From: Bacteroidales bacterium
GTDB taxonomy: Bacteria > Bacteroidota > Bacteroidia > Bacteroidales > UBA10428
DNA: 64,000 nucleotides
Assembly: GCA_965230395.1 (NCBI GenBank)
Contig: CBDDKV010000002.1
Location: 1,408,947 to 1,472,946, forward strand
Direction of reading: 5' to 3'
Below the pieces are notes generated by a model that saw nothing but the letters and a program-made list of their open reading frames with translations, was not told the origin of the DNA and did no database searches. Shown here one piece after another: positions 28,241 through 38,700 of this stretch. The translations under genes were made by a program, and so were the position numbers. Every line of letters starts with the position of its first letter. The stretch's first letter is position 1.

Positions 28241-28332
28241 CAAAGAAACCAGCTTTGTGGCAGTTAACCTAATAAAACAGGTTAACAGAAAGTAACAGCT
28301 TTTCGTAAACAGGTTAACAAAAAGTTAACAGG
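28241..28332 (-). promoter_or_regulatory. operator-promoter cassette P2 (no obvious gene downstream)
   Basis: Gene-oriented reading: CCTGTTAACTTTTTGTTAACCTGTT ... CTGTTACTTTCTGTTAACCTGTT, then 27 nt, then TTTCTTTG. Confidence 0.6.
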
Positions 28333-28499
28333 AGGGGGGCTTGTTCGGATTGAAATAACCCGCCACGGTACTTGGTGCGTGTGTTTTTTCTTTTCATCAT
28401 TCATATGTAATGATTTAGGGGCATGATAAACATTTGTTGGGTTTCCCCATTCTGAAGTTTAGTTTTTTCATTTGGCTTTGCTGGTTCATTTCTGTAGGA

Positions 28500-28533
28500 A
28501 TAAAAAAAGCTGCCCCAGAAAGTGAGGCAGCCT
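28500..28533 (-). terminator. rho-independent terminator candidate for 28566..32303
   Basis: On the minus strand, GGCTGCC-loop-GGCAGC is followed by a T8 run (plus-strand A run at 28502-28508). It lies 35 nt after the stop codon. Confidence 0.5.
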
Positions 28534-28565
28534 TGAAAAAAGGTTCGCGTTTATGGGTATTTTCC

Positions 28566-31500
28566 CTAATTTTTAATTATCCGGAACAATTTCACCTCAT
28601 TTGAACCATCAATAATCTTTAAAAAGTATACCCCTGTTTGCATTTGGCGCATATCTACTTTAGTTTCACTTTGCGTAAGTTCTTTTTCTGCCGCTAGTTT
28701 TCCGTTCGTGTCCCAGAGTTTGTATGTCATGGCCCCGGAGAAAGAAGACGCGTCAGATACAATTGTTAGTTGTTCTGTTACCGGGTTCGGATATGTTTTA
28801 ATCGTAAGGTTTTTCGTTTCTTCTAATCCTGAAGTAATTATTTTAATTGTTTTTGAGGCTACATCATCCGAGCATTCACCATATGCTGTAAGTGAAATTT
28901 CGTAGGAACCACTTCCTGAATAAATATTCACAGGATTGGCAAAAGAACTGGTGTTTCCATCTCCAAAATCCCAAAGATAACCAGTAGCCCCGGTTGAAGA
29001 GTTGGTGAAAAATACGGTCTTGTCGGAAAGTACAGGTTCAAATTCAGCCTTTGTAACGGATTGATAAACGATAATGGAGTCTTTTAATTCATTATCACAA
29101 TAGTCTGTCAAGGTCAGGTAATGCATTCCTGTTTTTTCTGTTTTTATAGAGTTTGTTTCCTCTCCTGAGCCCCATAGGTACCTGGCGGCAATTACATGGG
29201 TTGATAACTCAACCGGTTCCGAACAGAGTAAAGCAGAATCAGCGCTGAATGCCTGTTGTGGCAGTGCATCCGGTTGAAATATAACAATAGTGTCGGAAAT
29301 ACTGTTTCCGCAATAATCAGATGCAGTCAGGTGATATTTCCCGGCTTCGTTTATTATGACAGAAGCGGAGTTTTCGCCCGTGCTCCACGCATATGTATAT
29401 GCTTCGTTTTGAGACGACAGTTTAACAGGGACGGAACAATAGGCTATGGAATCGGCATCAAACAAACCGGTCATTGGGGCATTTAGCTCATGGGCACCGT
29501 TTGTCGGGTTGCTACCGGGTCTTTCTGCCCCATCCAGATCTTCTGTTGCCAGCCCGTCCATGCCCATGTTTAAATTCTCTGTAGAGCAGTTGAGATGCAG
29601 GTCTGTGTCGTTATTCACATAGCTAACCTCAGTATTGAAAGCGTTTTCACCAAATCCCAGGGATTGAAAATTCTCAAGCGTGACGGCTTCGGTGTTGTCG
29701 TAATTATCTTTAAAGAAGGTATAGGTGCCATTCATATCGTAGGTGTTGTGAGATATCTTCAGCCCATTATATACCTGGTCGGTTTCAAATATCAGGTAGT
29801 CGTTCGTGCTGTGTGCTTTAAAAATATTGTTTCTGATATTAAGTTTGTTCACAGCAACCAGGCTGATAAGTTTTTCTCCCGAAACTATGCTGTCTGTATA
29901 TGTAGAGTTATGATAAACATTGGCATTTGAAACTTTGAATAAATCAACCGGGGTTTGGAAACCGGTTACCGTATTGTTTTTAACCTCACCCGGGGTTGCG
30001 GTGAAATATGAAGTGTTAATTTTTATACCTTTACTTACAGAGTCGGCAAAGAGTTTGTTTTTCTCAATAATTAAATCATCACAGTAGCCAACCATAATTC
30101 CAATACCGGAATATTCCTTTACAGAAGCATCATTTTGAAATGTTATTTCATTACCGGCAACATGCAGGCCGTTAATTTTATTGGTAGATATACCACGGCC
30201 ATTCGTTGCTATATTGTGAAGGGTGTTGTTCTCAATAATAACAGGTATAGAATTACCTCCTGAATGCGATATCAGGTAGATACCTTCCAATGATTTACTG
30301 TCATTATTGGCGTATATGTTATTGTTTTTAATCCAAACACCGTCACTAACATTCATAAAATGTATGCCGCAATGGTTTGAATAAAAATTGTTGCCATCAA
30401 TTACAACATTGGACGAACCTCCGTTTTCAGATTTGACATATGTGCCGTAGTATGCCTGTGAAGTGTTGTTTGTAAGGTTTACATTACTGACCAGGTTATA
30501 GTATGAGCGGATATGAATTCCATAATTGCTGCTAAGGTGACTTACCTTGAAGTTACTGTTTTTAATATCTACATTCTTCAAATATTGACGCTTTGTTAAT
30601 ATTTCAAGAGCATTGCCCAGTTCGGAGTTAACTTCACAACTATCTATGGATATCCCGTCAATAATGCCGGAATCATCGCCGGTTATAAGGAATGCAGTTT
30701 CATTTTTAGCATCAATTTTCAACTTGTTAAAGGCAATATCACTTATTCCTCCCCCAAAATCTAAGTTAAACCCGTAACCTGTAGTATTGATTTCGTTATT
30801 AAAGAAATACGATGATTTTATTTGTGCCCCGTCGCCGTAAAAATTAAACCCACCTGCAACCTTATCAGGATCTGCATTATACGTGGCTATACAGTTTGTA
30901 ACATTTATGTTTTCAGCGTAACCGCTATTACACCTGAAATAAAACAATTCTTCATTGGTAAAATTAGTGCCATTTAACGATAATTGACAGCTGTCAACAA
31001 TAACGTTTTTTGCGCCACTGCCAAATTCAAGGATCAGGGTCGTATAAATATTGCTATTTAAGCCGGAGTTTTTTATCCGGATATTTTCTCCCGGACCGTC
31101 AAATACAACTAACCTTAAAGCTGATGGCCATCCATGTCTGTCGTACGTGTTTTCAATATCCATATTGTTGATTAACACCTCACTTAAACCTAATTTAACA
31201 TCAAACTTTACAGCAGAAGCTTCGGTTTTAGCCTTAATTTCACAATTTGAAAGGGTGATGTTCCGGGCAAAATAGTCTGTATTAAGATAGATTGCATTTG
31301 GATAGAAATCACCGGCATTTGACTCGATGTAATTGTCGGAAATTAAAATATTTGAAAGAAGGTCGTTGTCGGCAATAATTTGTATACCACTACCAGCCGA
31401 ATAGAGTTTGCAATTTGTAATTGTTATACTGTCAACAATTTCTTCGGCTTCAATGCGCAGCCCGCTTTCTTCCTCTGTTTTAACAGTAAGGTTGTTGAAA

Positions 31501-32303
31501 AGAATATTTTTTGCCCTAAACTTGTAACTTTCTAAATTGACACCATACCCGGTTGCTGAATACAGGTTCAGATTGGTGAAATTCACATTGTAGGCTTCAA
31601 TGTACGCGTCTATATCAATAGCATTACCATAGCTGTTAATTTCCAGGTCATCAAAAGTAATGTTTGAAAAATTAAAGCCCGAGGTTTTTATATAGAGCCC
31701 GCAACCGGCAACCTCATTGTTTATTTTCGTATTTATAACACTGGAATTGGTGATGCTCCTTCTGTCATTAATAGCAATACCGCCATTTTTACCACTAAAA
31801 GTTGAATGGCTCATTTCAAAGCCAAAATTGTTGTCATCGGGAGTTGAGTTTGAGTAAGCATATACTGCGGTATCGTTTTCGGCAACAAATGAACAGGCCG
31901 AGATAGCAATGAAGTTCATATCTTCACAATGCAGGGCAGGATATTCTCCTGTATTACTGACTTTGATATGGCTAAAAGCAACATGAGATGAATATATGGA
32001 AACCGTGGTGTCAGCATTGCTTTCGATAATGACTTTGGCACTATCCTGTGAAACAGAAGTAAAGGTAATCAGATTGTCCGCAGAGTTCCCATTAATTTTC
32101 GCCAGGGTAAAACTCTCCGGATAAGTCCCATCTTCTATTGCAATGGTTACTGATCCGGAAATTCCTTGTTTTTCCAGATCACTACAAACAGATTGAATGT
32201 TTGTGTAGGAATGGGTAGCACCAACTTTTATTGTTCCGGATAATTGTCCGAACATCGTTGAAGATGTTAATGTTAAGATGATTAATAGGAATAAGTTTTT
32301 CAT
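28566..32303 (-). CDS. secreted right-handed beta-helix repeat protein with a PKD-like module and T9SS sorting domain (1245 aa)
   Basis: Signal peptide. Dozens of roughly 22-25-aa turns carry the N/I/S pattern of parallel beta-helices (NILISDNYIESN, NVIVDSCQLSL, VVIDGNNFYSN, VWIKNNNIYAN, VIIENNTLHN, LIIEKNKLFA). A module is duplicated (AYTYAWSTGENSA...TASDYCGNSISDTIVIFQ / AARYLWGSGEETN...TLTDYCDNELKDSIIVYQ). PKD-like segment YLWDFGDGNTS...YEISLTAYG. C-terminal sorting domain IKTYPNPVTEQLTIVS...GVYFLKIIDGSNEVKLFRIIKN. Confidence 0.9.
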   Translation of the reverse strand: MKNLFLLIILTLTSSTMFGQLSGTIKVGATHSYTNIQSVCSDLEKQGISGSVTIAIEDGTYPESFTLAKINGNSADNLITFTSVSQDSAKVIIESNADTTVSIYSSHVAFSHIKVSNTGEYPALHCEDMNFIAISACSFVAENDTAVYAYSNSTPDDNNFGFEMSHSTFSGKNGGIAINDRRSITNSSVINTKINNEVAGCGLYIKTSGFNFSNITFDDLEINSYGNAIDIDAYIEAYNVNFTNLNLYSATGYGVNLESYKFRAKNILFNNLTVKTEEESGLRIEAEEIVDSITITNCKLYSAGSGIQIIADNDLLSNILISDNYIESNAGDFYPNAIYLNTDYFARNITLSNCEIKAKTEASAVKFDVKLGLSEVLINNMDIENTYDRHGWPSALRLVVFDGPGENIRIKNSGLNSNIYTTLILEFGSGAKNVIVDSCQLSLNGTNFTNEELFYFRCNSGYAENINVTNCIATYNADPDKVAGGFNFYGDGAQIKSSYFFNNEINTTGYGFNLDFGGGISDIAFNKLKIDAKNETAFLITGDDSGIIDGISIDSCEVNSELGNALEILTKRQYLKNVDIKNSNFKVSHLSSNYGIHIRSYYNLVSNVNLTNNTSQAYYGTYVKSENGGSSNVVIDGNNFYSNHCGIHFMNVSDGVWIKNNNIYANNDSKSLEGIYLISHSGGNSIPVIIENNTLHNIATNGRGISTNKINGLHVAGNEITFQNDASVKEYSGIGIMVGYCDDLIIEKNKLFADSVSKGIKINTSYFTATPGEVKNNTVTGFQTPVDLFKVSNANVYHNSTYTDSIVSGEKLISLVAVNKLNIRNNIFKAHSTNDYLIFETDQVYNGLKISHNTYDMNGTYTFFKDNYDNTEAVTLENFQSLGFGENAFNTEVSYVNNDTDLHLNCSTENLNMGMDGLATEDLDGAERPGSNPTNGAHELNAPMTGLFDADSIAYCSVPVKLSSQNEAYTYAWSTGENSASVIINEAGKYHLTASDYCGNSISDTIVIFQPDALPQQAFSADSALLCSEPVELSTHVIAARYLWGSGEETNSIKTEKTGMHYLTLTDYCDNELKDSIIVYQSVTKAEFEPVLSDKTVFFTNSSTGATGYLWDFGDGNTSSFANPVNIYSGSGSYEISLTAYGECSDDVASKTIKIITSGLEETKNLTIKTYPNPVTEQLTIVSDASSFSGAMTYKLWDTNGKLAAEKELTQSETKVDMRQMQTGVYFLKIIDGSNEVKLFRIIKN

Positions 32304-32396
32304 TGTAAGAAATTTAATTGTTAAGGCTTGAAGTGTTGTCCGAAGTCGTATTCTTCTTTAATCCCGGTGTAATTCCAGGTTGAAGAAAGAGAGGAA

Positions 32397-32418
32397 CTGA
32401 TCCCGGGGCCGGGATCAG
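32397..32418. other. intercistronic GC hairpin between the 556-aa and 1245-aa genes
   Basis: CTGATCCCGG-gg-CCGGGATCAG. The hairpin plus flanks (about 32390-32460) align by eye with 28036-28115. Confidence 0.5.
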
Positions 32419-32458
32419 GTTTCCTCAAAGTAAAAACCACAAACTACAAATCAAACCA

Positions 32459-34129
32459 TCAGAATGTTATAATCATTTTTTTTGTTGCAACTTTTTGTCC
32501 TTCGGCCAGCAAGGTGTAGAAATAATTTCCGGTGTGTAGTTCACCTTCGGCAATCTCTACAGCATCCATTCCACGGCCATACAAAGGGATATCTTTATAA
32601 AGTTTTCCGTTTATATCGTAAACGAGTAACCTGGCGTCTTTTACTTCATCGGGTAAGTAATAGTTGATCCTTGTTGTACTGCTCGCCGGGTTAGGTTTAT
32701 TTTGATATAGTTCTGCATTGGAAAAGGTTGTTGGCATTACAACAGACGGCGAACCTTTATGATACGATTTTAGTAATGCAATATCTGCCTCAAGATCTTC
32801 AATTTTGGCTTTTTGTGTAGTCAGAAGGGCTTCCTGGTCATCTAGTCTGCTGCTAATACTTTCCAGCAGGCCGCTCAAATCAACTGTGTTGCCGCCGGTA
32901 ATAGATAATTCGGTTCCCTTTATGGATAAAGTTTGCTCATCGGTATTTGCTTCGTAACCATCTTGAATAGCAGATAGATCAACCGAGTTTCCGTTTTCAA
33001 TTGAAAGCCGGGTCCCGTTTAAAGCAATTTTTTGAGTGTCCGTATTGTCCAGGTATGCGGCCAGGCTAATGGTATTGCCATTATCGATTGATAGTTTATT
33101 GTCAGTAAGCGTTAGTTTCTGCCCGGCCGTCAGTGATTTCCATTCTGTTGAATTGTAATATTTTAATTGATGGTCATTTCCGTCAAAATAAATGTCCCCT
33201 TCTTCGGCAGCCTGCGGTTGTTTTACCTGCGGTGTTAGTTTTAGCGCTCCATTTAACCTGATATTACCATTAACATCAAGTTTCTGGGTAGGGGGCTCAT
33301 TTTGCCCTAGTCCAATGTTCCCTTTGGTATCAATATAAAAGGCATTGTTTGGAGCTCCGGGTGCTATTAAAAATGGGGTGGTGTTCCCGTTTGTTATGTC
33401 ACGGATGAAAAATATTGAATCGCTGGCACCTATGTCCCATATCTGGGCTTTTTTGTTTTGTTCCAGGCGAATTGTTGGGGTGCTGGTGGTGTTGATATGA
33501 ACCTGCTTTTTAGGTAACTCTGTTCCAAAGCCTAAGTTGCCGTTTGCCGCAATAAATAACGAGTTTGTTGGGGCTTTAGGTTTAATTCTGAAAGGGAGCA
33601 GGTTCCCAACGGAGGCATCTCTAATGAAGAAGTTCGATTCGTTTCCGGCGATGTCCCAGGCCTGTTCTCCCCAGCCACTGTTGTTTTGGTCAAGTCGTAT
33701 AGCGGGTGTGTCATCATTGCTAATATGAAACGGTGTTGCCGGTGTATTCGTTCCAATACCTATTTTGCTGTCTTCAGCAACAAAAAGGGCGTCTGCTTTA
33801 GCACCTGCCATAACTTTAAAAGGAATTACACCCGCGGTGGCATCTTCGATAGCAAAATAGCTTTTACCTCCATGTTCGCTGCTGTTTGCAACCAGTGTCC
33901 AGTCGTTATCGGCAAAAAAACCGTCGTCTGAAGTATCATCAAAATGAATCCTTAGGTTGTTTTCTGTCAGTAAAACGGTATTAAACCCGAAAACGGGATT
34001 GTCAGGTGTATCTAACCCAACGGCTAAACTACTTTTGACTTTCACATCACCAGTAAAGGTGTTTTGAGAAAAAGAATGGATCGCAATAAGCCATGTCAGC
34101 AGGGTTAGTGGTATTTGTTTTATATTCAT
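32459..34129 (-). CDS. secreted fibre-like repeat protein with T9SS sorting domain (556 aa)
   Basis: Signal peptide. Repeats of the type DNTDTQKIALNGTRLSIENGNSVDLSAIQDGYEANTDEQTLSIKGTELSITGGNTVDLSGLL. Coiled coil DDQEALLTTQKAKIEDLEADIALLK. CTD LYQNKPNPASSTTRINYYLP...GNYFYTLLAEGQKVATKKMIITF. Confidence 0.88.
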   Translation of the reverse strand: MNIKQIPLTLLTWLIAIHSFSQNTFTGDVKVKSSLAVGLDTPDNPVFGFNTVLLTENNLRIHFDDTSDDGFFADNDWTLVANSSEHGGKSYFAIEDATAGVIPFKVMAGAKADALFVAEDSKIGIGTNTPATPFHISNDDTPAIRLDQNNSGWGEQAWDIAGNESNFFIRDASVGNLLPFRIKPKAPTNSLFIAANGNLGFGTELPKKQVHINTTSTPTIRLEQNKKAQIWDIGASDSIFFIRDITNGNTTPFLIAPGAPNNAFYIDTKGNIGLGQNEPPTQKLDVNGNIRLNGALKLTPQVKQPQAAEEGDIYFDGNDHQLKYYNSTEWKSLTAGQKLTLTDNKLSIDNGNTISLAAYLDNTDTQKIALNGTRLSIENGNSVDLSAIQDGYEANTDEQTLSIKGTELSITGGNTVDLSGLLESISSRLDDQEALLTTQKAKIEDLEADIALLKSYHKGSPSVVMPTTFSNAELYQNKPNPASSTTRINYYLPDEVKDARLLVYDINGKLYKDIPLYGRGMDAVEIAEGELHTGNYFYTLLAEGQKVATKKMIITF

Positions 34130-34155
34130 GATGATGTGATTTAATTGTTGAGGTA

Positions 34156-34246
34156 CAAAATAAAGGCCTATTCGTAAACTAACCTAAAACAACAGGTTAA
34201 CGAAAAGTAACAAGCAGCCTTAAACAGGTTAACAAAAAGTAAACAG
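34156..34246 (-). promoter_or_regulatory. operator-promoter cassette P3
   Basis: Gene-oriented reading: CTGTTTACTTTTTGTTAACCTGTTT ... CTTGTTACTTTTCGTTAACCTGTT, then 27 nt, then TTATTTTG. The box lies about 27 nt before the ATG at 34129. Confidence 0.65.
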
Positions 34247-34562
34247 TTTATTGTTGCCGGAATAACTATTTTAAAGTATTGGTTATAAGAAAACGCCACG
34301 AACCGGGTTGTGCATGTCAGGAAAAAACACACTTACAACCAGTGAACTTTGTTTTTTCTGACGTTTTTCGTTACACCACAAAAAAACAACGTTTTATAAG
34401 TGTTGGGGTTATATGTTTTTTGTTTCTAATCGTTTGCGGTTACGACAATAGTATGCAATATTTCCCGAATGAAGGCTACGGGGAAATCAAAAGTGTTTTT
34501 GGTAAGACGAATTAAAATGTCCAGGTTAAATAATGGTTTGGGGGTAAGGTTGGTAGGCTAGG

Positions 34563-35231
34563 TTATAAGTTTTTGTAAAGTTCGTTTATTTTTTTGTTTG
34601 TTTTTCGACTTTCTGTAATGCTCTCATGCCGGGCATGTCCATTAAGGATATTGAAAAATTCGGAATCCTTGTTGCACACATATTTTATTGAGAGATCAAA
34701 ATCGTTGTGAAAAGTAATTGTATTCCTTCTGCAGTCAACTATATAGTCCTGTTTGGTGTTTAATTGCAGTTTCTCATGACTAAGGTACTTCTCTTTTAAA
34801 AGATCAATTATTTTGTCTTTGTCTTCATCTTTAAGGTCAGAGAAAGTATAGCAGTAAAAAAACAACTTCTTTTTGTAAAAGTGCAACTCTAATTTAGCTT
34901 TATAGTCTCCCAGATATATTTTGTAAAAGAGGATTAGTACTTTCCCAATGGAGAGGTTATTGGATATTCTATAGTTTGGTTTCCCTGTTTTTCTAGTGAT
35001 GTACTTCGGTGTAATTCCATCTACTTTCAGGCTTCTTGATAGTGATATTTGTCGGTCTGTAACTCTTTTGTTTTTACTTTTTGCATGAGCCAGTTCATAG
35101 TATGAAGAAATATCACGATAGTTTTCCTGTAGCTTTGTGTAATACGACTCTCTGAAGCAGTATCTTTTTTTTCTGTTAAAGTAAATCAGAAACTGATTAA
35201 GTGTTTTGTTCCTTATTCTTGGCATACTCAT
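34563..35231 (-). CDS. hypothetical protein, Lys/Asn/Tyr-rich orphan
   Basis: 222-aa ORF with no competing frame. It is visibly more AT- and Lys-rich than its neighbours. A consensus -7 box TATTTTTG (plus-strand caaaaata at 35313-35320) lies about 80 nt upstream. No recognisable motif. Confidence 0.55.
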   Translation of the reverse strand: MSMPRIRNKTLNQFLIYFNRKKRYCFRESYYTKLQENYRDISSYYELAHAKSKNKRVTDRQISLSRSLKVDGITPKYITRKTGKPNYRISNNLSIGKVLILFYKIYLGDYKAKLELHFYKKKLFFYCYTFSDLKDEDKDKIIDLLKEKYLSHEKLQLNTKQDYIVDCRRNTITFHNDFDLSIKYVCNKDSEFFNILNGHARHESITESRKTNKKINELYKNL

Positions 35232-35744
35232 ATAGTAGGTTTGTTAGCAAACGTTATAGGGATACAGTTTAATAAACTGTGTCTGGTATTTTTTGTTGAA
35301 AAAGACTCATTACAAAAATAAATTTTTACTTTAAAAATAAAAACATCCATATGATAATTGACTGTTAATATTGTTAGTTTGTTCTTACTGAATTAAAAAT
35401 CAGTGGATTATTCGTTGAAAAGGTGTGGCGTTAAGAAGCTGTAAATAGGATGCTTTTATCAACACAAGTTATTCTATGAGAAAGGGGCAAGTACTTCTGG
35501 AATCATGGTATAGAGGGCTTTTTCTCATCGCTATGGCAGATGTGTTAATTTTTCCTGAGATGTTCATTAAATAGGCTGTCCCAAAATCTCACCAAAGTTT
35601 TTTACAGGTAGTTTTCCGTTATTAATTAATGTCTCCTTAATATGGATTAGGCAAATATGCCGGGGAGAGCATAATTTAGTCATAGGGTAAAATACTTTGG
35701 CTCAACAATAAGGACAGCCTGACGGATGAGTTATAAATTAGTGT

Positions 35745-38700
35745 TTATTTTAGAATAATCATCTTTTCTGTACCCACCTTTTGTCCGTTTGCAAGCAGCG
35801 TATAAAAATAACTCCCGGGGGGCAGCACAGCTTCAGCAACCTCAACAAATGCCATTCCTCGGTCATAGATATGTATGCCTTTGTGTAATTTTCCATTGGT
35901 ATCATAAATCAGCATTTTTGCATTTTTTACTTCTTCTGGTAAGTAATAGTTAATTCTTGTGGACCCATTAGCTGGGTTGGGGATGTTTTGATAAAGTTTT
36001 GCACTGGAGAATACGGATGGTGTTATCATTGAAGGTGAATCATCAATGTAGGTTTTAAGCAAGGCTACATCAGCTTCCAGAGCTTCAATTTTTTCATCCT
36101 GATTATCAAGCCTTGAATATATTCCCTCAAGCAGAGAGGTAAGATCCACGGATACAGAAGAACCGTTTTCTATTTCAATGGTTAAAGTGGTCCCACTTAA
36201 GTTTGCGGCAGTCAGGTTCTGATTGTCGGTTCCTGAACCATCTGCAATAGAACTCAAATCAACAGTATTCCCGTTTTCAATTGAAAGCGAAGTTCCGGAC
36301 AGGGTCAGTTTTTGAGCATCTGTGTTGTCAAGATACTTCTCTAAGTCAACTTTTGTTGTACCACCGGAAATGCTCAGTGTGTTTAAATCAAGGTTTAATT
36401 CCTGGCTGTCGGTATTGGGCTCATATCCATCTTTCAGACTGCTAACATCAATGGCGTTTCCACCCGATATGGACAGGTTTGTTCCGTTTAAAGCAAGCGT
36501 TTGCTCATCGGTATTTGCTTCGTAACCGTCCTGAATAGCGGATAGATCGATTGAGTTCCCATTGTCAATTGAAAGCTGGGTTCCGGACAGGCTCAGGTTT
36601 TGAGCATCTGTGTTGTCAAGATACTTCTCTAAGTCAACTTTTGTTGTACCACCGGAAATGCTCAGTGTGTTTAAATCAAGGTTTAATTCCTGGCTGTCGG
36701 TATTGGGCTCATATCCATCTTTCAGACTGCTAACATCAATGGCGTTGCCGCCCGATATGGACAGGTTTGTTCCGTTTAAAGCAAGCGTTTGCTCATCGGT
36801 ATTTGCTTCGTAACCGTCCTGAATAGCGGATAGATCGATTGAGTTCCCATTGTCAATTGAAAGCGAAGTTCCGGACAGGCTCAGTTTTTGAGCATCTGTG
36901 TTGTCAAGATACTTCTCTAAGTCAACTTTTGTTGTACCACCGGAAATGCTCAGTGTGTTTAAATCAAGGTTTAATTCCTGGCTATCGGTATTGGGCTCAT
37001 ATCCATCTTTCAGACTGCTAACATCAATGGCGTTTCCACCCGATATGGACAGGTTTGTTCCGTTTAATGCAAGCGTTTGCTCATCGGTATTTGCTTCGTA
37101 ACCGTCCTGAATAGCGGATAGATTAACTGAGTTCCCATTGTCAATTGAAAGCGAAGTTCCGGACAGGCTCAGGTTTTGAGCATCTGTGTTGTCAAGATAC
37201 TTCTCTAAGTCAACTTTTGTTGTACCACCGGAAATGCTCAGTGTGTTTAAATCAAGGTTTAATTCCTGGCTGTCGGTATTGGGCTCATATCCATCTTTCA
37301 GACTGCTAACATCAATGGCGTTTCCACCCGATATGGACAGGTTTGTTCCGTTTAATGCAAGCGTTTGCTCATCGGTATTTGCTTCGTAACCGTCTTGAAT
37401 AGCGGATAGATCAACTGAGTTCCCATTGTCAATTGAAAGCTGGGTTCCGTTTAAAGCAATTTTTTGAGTGTCTGTATTGTCCAGGTATCTTTCCAGGTTT
37501 ATAGGGTTTAAACCTTCTGAAATCCCAAGCATATTATTCTCAAGAAACAATTCCTGGTTGTCTGTATTGTCAAGATATGCTTCAAGGTTTACAGAATTTC
37601 CATTTTCGATACTCAGTACATTGTCGGACAGACTAAGGCTTTGACTGTCGGTGCCCGACTTAGACCAGGCCGTGCCATTCCATGCATAAAGTAAGTCTTC
37701 GTCGGTATCAAAAACGAGCATACCTTCGTCATTTGTTCCTAGTGAAGCCTTAAAAGTTGCTCTTTGCTCCGTTGTCATTCTACTGATTAGAAAACCTTTA
37801 TTTGTTTCCGCCAGATCAAGTGAAGCATTTTGGTTAGGAGTGGAAGTGCCGATTCCTACCGACATTCTTGTTTCATTTGTTGTTCCGCCAATTACAAAGC
37901 TATTATTGGCTGCCACAACTGCATTGGCTCCAATTACCCCGGCATAGTCCCTTTCTCCTGAAATTACCGCATCGTAACCAATCCCAATGTTATAATTATT
38001 GCCGGGTCCATCATAAGATGTTTGTGAAAAGTCAGTTAAAGCGCCCAACATGACATTAAATTGACCCTTTCTGTTTGTATATCCTGTTCTATACCCTAAA
38101 TAGGTGTTGTAATTTGCATCGTAGGTGTTACTGTACCTGTTATTGTCAAATCCCGCATACGACCCCACAAAAGTATTGTAGTTAGCGTGCTCAGTAGCAG
38201 CGCCTGCAGCCTGTCCCAGAAGTGTGTTATGATGTCCGGATCCTACGTCGGTACCTGCTGAATCTCCCAGAAAAGTATTTTTGTAGCCATCTTCCAGGTC
38301 CCATCCGGCTTCTCGGCCAATAGCCGTGTTTTTTGAGCCACTGTTTATGGAATACCCGGCTGCTTGTCCCACAAAGGTGTTGTGGCTGCCTGTTGATACC
38401 CCGGAACGGGCTCCTTTTCCCGCATTTTCTCCTATATATGTATTGTGTACACCTGTTGTCACATTTTTACCAGCTTCTTCGCCAACGAAAGTGTTGTCAT
38501 TTCCAGTTGTATTATTTAATCCGGCTTCACTTCCGATAAACGTATTGTCATGAGATTGGCTATTAGAAAGGCCGGCATTTGTTCCAATAAAAACATTGTT
38601 ATAACCGGTAGTGTTGTTGTAACCAGACATGTAGCCAATAAATGTATTGTCATCTGTAGCATTAAGAAAACCGGCGCCATAGCCAAAAAAAGTATTGTTC

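Noticed and set aside
36322-37389. Four identical 67-aa plus-strand ORFs, plus 60-aa ORFs at 36551 and 36839
   Set aside because: They are antisense shadows of the 288-bp coding tandem repeat in 35745..38879.
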